From NCBI GenBank assembly GCA_963743885.1, contig CAVURJ010000001.1:76949-140948 (forward strand): 64,000 nt of DNA, in the 5' to 3' direction. The stretch is from Candidatus Moraniibacteriota bacterium. GTDB taxonomy: Bacteria; Patescibacteriota; Minisyncoccia; Moranbacterales; UBA1568. This document shows, piece by piece, positions 59,845-64,000 of this stretch. Each line of letters begins with the position of its first letter. The stretch's first letter is position 1. Position numbers and translations under genes: made by a program. The notes under the pieces are model-generated. The model worked only from the letters and a program-made list of their open reading frames with translations, was not told the origin of the DNA and did no database searches.

Positions 59845-61260
59845 ATGCTGACAAGCGATGAACTTTGGAAGGCTGTCTTGGGCCAAATAGAACTTTCTTT
59901 ATCGAAAGCCAATTTTATAACCTGGTTTAAGAACACTCGGATCCTTAGTAGCCAAAACGGCCTCGTCACTATTGGCGTGCCGAATGGCTTCGCAAAAGAA
60001 TGGCTTGAAAACAAGTACAACCTCTATATATTGAAGGCGCTCAAAAGCCTCGACCCAAGCGTCACTGAGATGCGTTGTGTTATATCGCAGGAACGGCCGA
60101 ATATCCCAACAATTGATTCGGTCAAGACCGCGTCCGTGTCGTCACAACCATCAGAGGCCCAAGGATTCGTCAGGAAAAAGATCATCGAAAAGCCCGCTTT
60201 CGGCGCGCAAACCACATCCGAACCAGTATTCCATGAGACAAACCTCAACAGCCGATACACATTTGAAAACTTCATCGTTGCTGAGAACAACGAACTCGCA
60301 CGAGCGGCCTGCTACGCCGTCTCACAAAACCTCGGCATGGCCTATAACCCACTCTTCATCTATGGTGGTGTAGGGCTTGGCAAAACCCACCTCCTCCAAT
60401 CCATCGGCAATGAGGTGATGAGAAACGCGCCTGAAAAGCGCATCAAATACATCAACTCTGAACGATTCACCACTGAACTCGTCGATTCCATCAAGAACCA
60501 GAAGATTGATAAATTCAAAGAATACTACCAACAGATGGACCTCCTCATTATTGATGATGTCCAATTTCTCGCCGGCAGAGAGAAAACTCAGAATGAGTTC
60601 TTCCATATCTTCAATGCGCTCTACCAACTCAATAAACAGATCGTGATATCGAGCGACCGGCCCCCAAAAGCCATTCCAACACTCGAGGAGCGTCTTCGGT
60701 CGCGTTTTGAGGGAGGTATGATCACTGATATTAGTCGGCCAAATATTGAAACGCGTATCGCTATACTTGAGGCTAAGATAAGCGAAAAATCAGCTCATCT
60801 TGATGATGCATCCATTCGTTACATCGCTGAGCACATCTCACAAAACATCCGTGAACTTGAAGGAGCCCTCAACCGAGTCATCGCCTTCTGTGAATTCCAC
60901 AAAGTCTCTCCCTCCCTCGAAAATACCCAGAAAGTCCTCTCTCAACTCATTGAAACGAATAAAAAAACCATCAAGCTGGATGATATCTTCTCAGCCATTA
61001 TTGAGTTTTATAACGTATCAAAAGAAGACCTCTTAAAGAAAGGCCGGAAAAAAGAAGTCTCCCACCCTCGACAGGTGATGATGTATCTCCTCCGAAAGGA
61101 ACTCGACATGCCATTTTCTACGATTGGCGATACCCTTGGGGGACGTGATCATACCACTGCCCTTCATGCATATGAGAAAGTGAATAAACAACAAGTGGAT
61201 AATGAGCGACTCCAAGAAGAACTCCTTACCTTAAAAGAGAAGCTCTACTACCAATCCTGA
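59845..61260 (+). CDS. dnaA: Chromosomal replication initiator DnaA
   Basis: YNPLFIYGGVGLGKTHL, IDDVQF, RELEGAL, GGRDHTT. Confidence 0.98.
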   Translation: MLTSDELWKAVLGQIELSLSKANFITWFKNTRILSSQNGLVTIGVPNGFAKEWLENKYNLYILKALKSLDPSVTEMRCVISQERPNIPTIDSVKTASVSSQPSEAQGFVRKKIIEKPAFGAQTTSEPVFHETNLNSRYTFENFIVAENNELARAACYAVSQNLGMAYNPLFIYGGVGLGKTHLLQSIGNEVMRNAPEKRIKYINSERFTTELVDSIKNQKIDKFKEYYQQMDLLIIDDVQFLAGREKTQNEFFHIFNALYQLNKQIVISSDRPPKAIPTLEERLRSRFEGGMITDISRPNIETRIAILEAKISEKSAHLDDASIRYIAEHISQNIRELEGALNRVIAFCEFHKVSPSLENTQKVLSQLIETNKKTIKLDDIFSAIIEFYNVSKEDLLKKGRKKEVSHPRQVMMYLLRKELDMPFSTIGDTLGGRDHTTALHAYEKVNKQQVDNERLQEELLTLKEKLYYQS

Positions 61261-61519
61261 TACAAACTCTGTTAATAACCCTGTATAACCAACGATATCC
61301 GCTGGATAAGAGTGTTGATAAACTAAACACTCTTGTGAGTAACTCTCCTCTCCTTGATTATTTTATGAGTTATACGAATATCCCTCTGAGATATCCTGAT
61401 TATAAAAATACATCTACTCTAAAAAATACCCTTTATTTAAAACAAAAATAAGAATTATCCCCATATCCACATCACTAAGTAATAATAATTCTTATTTAAA
61501 TATATAATACTTATATCTT
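61261..61519. other. oriC: Probable replication origin (oriC)
   Basis: AT-rich dnaA-dnaN gap; overlapping boxes TTATCCCCA/ATATCCACA at 61455-71 then TAA triplets; + strand shifts from C-rich to G-rich nearby. Confidence 0.8.
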
Positions 61520-62665
61520 ATGAAACTCATCTGTACACAAGAGAACCTCAACCGAGCAATATCATACCTTGAACGAGTTACAGGAAAACAGACAAACCTT
61601 CCTATTCTTGGAAATTTCCTTCTTGAGACAGAAAAGGGGAGATTGAAGATATCAGCGACAAATCTCGAGATTGGGGTTGTGGTGTATATTGGGGCAAAGA
61701 TCGAGCGTGAAGGAAGAATAGCAGTTCCTTCGCGGGTATTGGCAAATTTTATCCATAATCTTCCAAGTGGGGATGTAGTGGATATTGAGGTTTCTGGGCA
61801 GGTGATGAAAATAGTGAGTGCAGCGCATCAAGTGAATATTAAAGGTGTGGATGGAAAGGATTTTCCGATTATCCCACAATATAAAGAGGAGTATCCATTT
61901 GCGTTACCAGCCCAAGAATTAAAAGAAGCGCTTTCAAGGCTTTTATTTTGTGTTAGCTTAAATGAATCTCGGCTTGAGCTTACTGGGGTGAATATTTTTT
62001 TCTTTGAAGATGCTCTCCACCTCGCAGCGACAGATAGTTTTAGGCTTGCAGAGGAGATTATTCCACTTAAAGAGTCGAGCGTTGGATATCAGGATTTTAT
62101 TAAGGGGAATCCATCGCTTATTATTCCAAGTAATACCCTCCAAGAGGTGGTAAGGGTTATTACTCAGGAAAATAGCGAGGTGAAGATGGCACTTAAGGAG
62201 AATCAGGTATTTTTTGAAATAGATGGGGTCCAGATTATCTCGCGGAGTATTAATGGGAAATACCCTGATTATAAGCAGATTATCCCACAATCCTTTATAT
62301 TAAGATGTACTTTAGGGAGGGATGATCTTCAACGGGCGATCCGGATTGCAAGCGCATTCTCATCGTATGATACAAATGAGGTGACGCTTGTATTTGATCC
62401 GAAGCGTAGTGAGTGTTCCGTGGCGTCTATTTCGCGCGAAGTCGGGGAGAATAAGACGGTGCTTAAGTGTGAGTTTATATCTGGGAATGACCCATTAACG
62501 ATCGTCTTTAATCCGCGCTATGTCGCAGATGGCTTGAATGCCTGCTCGAGTGGTGTGGTGATGTTTTTAGCGAATACAGGGACGACGCCAGCAGCGCTTC
62601 GGATGATGGATAATGAGAGGGAAAAAGAAGGGTATCTTTATATTATGATGCCGATCAGGAAATGA
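61520..62665 (+). CDS. dnaN: DNA polymerase III beta clamp
   Basis: ATNLE, ATDSFRL, GKYPDY, FNPRY, IMMPIR. Confidence 0.97.
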   Translation: MKLICTQENLNRAISYLERVTGKQTNLPILGNFLLETEKGRLKISATNLEIGVVVYIGAKIEREGRIAVPSRVLANFIHNLPSGDVVDIEVSGQVMKIVSAAHQVNIKGVDGKDFPIIPQYKEEYPFALPAQELKEALSRLLFCVSLNESRLELTGVNIFFFEDALHLAATDSFRLAEEIIPLKESSVGYQDFIKGNPSLIIPSNTLQEVVRVITQENSEVKMALKENQVFFEIDGVQIISRSINGKYPDYKQIIPQSFILRCTLGRDDLQRAIRIASAFSSYDTNEVTLVFDPKRSECSVASISREVGENKTVLKCEFISGNDPLTIVFNPRYVADGLNACSSGVVMFLANTGTTPAALRMMDNEREKEGYLYIMMPIRK

Positions 62666-62669
62666 TGTT

Positions 62670-62963
62670 ATGAAGACTCTTAGGGATCTGCTACCAAAAA
62701 GAGAATCAAAGCGTGTCCCAGAGATGTTGGATGAGAAGACGATATTCCATATCTGCCGGAAAGTCCTCCTTGAGGAATATGGTGTGCGTGGAAGTGAGAA
62801 TATCATCCCTTCGCTCTATAAAGACAAGCGTCTTTTCCTCTCCCCGCGGAGCTCGCTTTGGGGGAATGAGATATCGCTTGAGCGTGAAGCACTGAGGAAT
62901 AAGATGAACGCGGTCATCGGGAGCGAAGCGGTGGATGGTATTGTGGTGTCGAAGCGGGGGTGA
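62670..62963 (+). CDS. DciA/DUF721-like protein
   Basis: Size, position after dnaN, SSLWGNEISL...KMN pattern. Confidence 0.55.
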   Translation: MKTLRDLLPKRESKRVPEMLDEKTIFHICRKVLLEEYGVRGSENIIPSLYKDKRLFLSPRSSLWGNEISLEREALRNKMNAVIGSEAVDGIVVSKRG

Positions 62964-62969
62964 AAGCTA

Positions 62970-63014
62970 AGAGTCTATCCTAATAAAGAATGGTGATTTA
63001 TTAGGATAGACTCT
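62970..63014. repeat. Perfect 18-bp inverted repeat
   Basis: AGAGTCTATCCTAATAAA-9 nt-TTTATTAGGATAGACTCT. Confidence 0.8.
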
Positions 63015-63076
63015 AGGCTCGTCCGTATAGATGGGAGGGTATATAATAGCGACATATCATAAAACAGAAGAATTAT

Positions 63077-64000
63077 ATGGCTTTATGGTTTCGGAAGCGG
63101 CGGAGACTTCCGCCTGAATTCGGAGAACAGCCTCAAAAGAATAGGAAATGGCTGAACTGGAGGGTATTCTGGAGAGTATCCGCTATTATGGCCGCTACCA
63201 GCGTTGTAGTTGTAGCTGGTGTGTTTGCGTATATCGCGAAAGATTTACCGAACCCTGGAAGTGTCAGTAAGCGGTTCATCGCAGAATCGACCAAGATCTA
63301 TGATCGGACTGGTACGCATCTTCTCTATGAAGTGCATGGTGAGGAGAAGCGCACTATCATTGCGTTTTCTGATATGCCGGACGTTGTGAAATACGCAACG
63401 ATTAGTCTTGAGGACCAGGATTTCTATTCGCACCATGGCATCAAGCTGACGTCGATTGCCCGTTCGATCCTCAAGGACCTCGTCCAGTTCGGCAAGGCGC
63501 AGGGTGGATCGACTATCACACAGCAGTTTGTGAAGAACTCACTTCTCACGAATGAGAAGACGCTTATTAGGAAAGCGAAGGAAGTTGTTCTTTCACTCGA
63601 GATGGAGACGAAGTTTTCGAAGGATGAGATCCTCGCGATGTATCTCAATGAGATTCCATATGGGTCAAATACGTATGGTATCGAGGCAGCGGCGCAGACA
63701 TTTTTCGGAAAGCCGGCACGAGAACTCTCGCTCGATGAGGCGGCGCTCATCGCGGCATTGCCGCAGGCGACGACCTACTACTCACCATACGGCTCGCATC
63801 GTGATGCACTCATCGGCCGCAAGGATTATGCGCTTAAGCAGATGGCGAAGCTTGGGTATATTACGAGCGAGCAGGCGGACGAGGCGATGAGTACCAACAC
63901 ACTCGACAAAGTGATGCCACAGAAGAATATCATCGCGGCGCCGCATTTCGTCATGCATATCAAAGATTACCTCCAGGAGACCTATGGTGATCAGGCGGTC
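63077..64000 (+). CDS. Class A penicillin-binding protein (PBP1A family), N-terminal part
   Basis: Own translation: TM, DLP, KIYDRTG, EDQDFYSHHGI, QGGSTITQQFVKN, RKAKE, YLNEIPYG. Confidence 0.93.
   Translation, partial: MALWFRKRRRLPPEFGEQPQKNRKWLNWRVFWRVSAIMAATSVVVVAGVFAYIAKDLPNPGSVSKRFIAESTKIYDRTGTHLLYEVHGEEKRTIIAFSDMPDVVKYATISLEDQDFYSHHGIKLTSIARSILKDLVQFGKAQGGSTITQQFVKNSLLTNEKTLIRKAKEVVLSLEMETKFSKDEILAMYLNEIPYGSNTYGIEAAAQTFFGKPARELSLDEAALIAALPQATTYYSPYGSHRDALIGRKDYALKQMAKLGYITSEQADEAMSTNTLDKVMPQKNIIAAPHFVMHIKDYLQETYGDQAV

Overview
Origin-proximal region of a bacterial chromosome, most likely Patescibacteria/CPR (Parcubacteria/Moranbacteria-like; inferred from gene content and repeat style, not from a search). 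Left end: a minus-strand cluster of secreted/surface proteins, including a near-identical 952-bp tandem duplication. Middle: housekeeping genes (lspA, pnp, pyrC/pyrD, rpsO, ispG, gyrA, rpmH-rnpA-yidC-jag), a surface-glycan cluster, nrdAB-sod-ahpC and rplS, followed by a tRNA-rich zone. Right end: a 16-copy parS array, ftsH, tilS, gmk, rpsA, dnaA-oriC-dnaN and a partial PBP1A gene. The most unusual signals are non-coding and centred on tRNA genes: (1) an intact tRNA-Val(GAC) inside a perfect 20-bp inverted repeat that interrupts the anticodon loop of an older tRNA-Val-like gene, whose D- and T-loops also carry hairpin insertions; (2) 150-240 bp structured cassettes that duplicate tRNA 3' ends (Leu, Gly, Ala); (3) two adjacent tRNAs (Phe, Ile2-like) split by group I introns, one with an antisense HNH gene in its P1 loop; (4) free-standing LAGLIDADG-like genes abutting tRNAs. 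Also present: a promoter-driven ~500-nt structured non-coding region upstream of yraN, a ~157-bp covarying hairpin repeat (4 copies) and small palindromes that insert into other hairpins. All calls were made by eye; no searches or folding programs were run.
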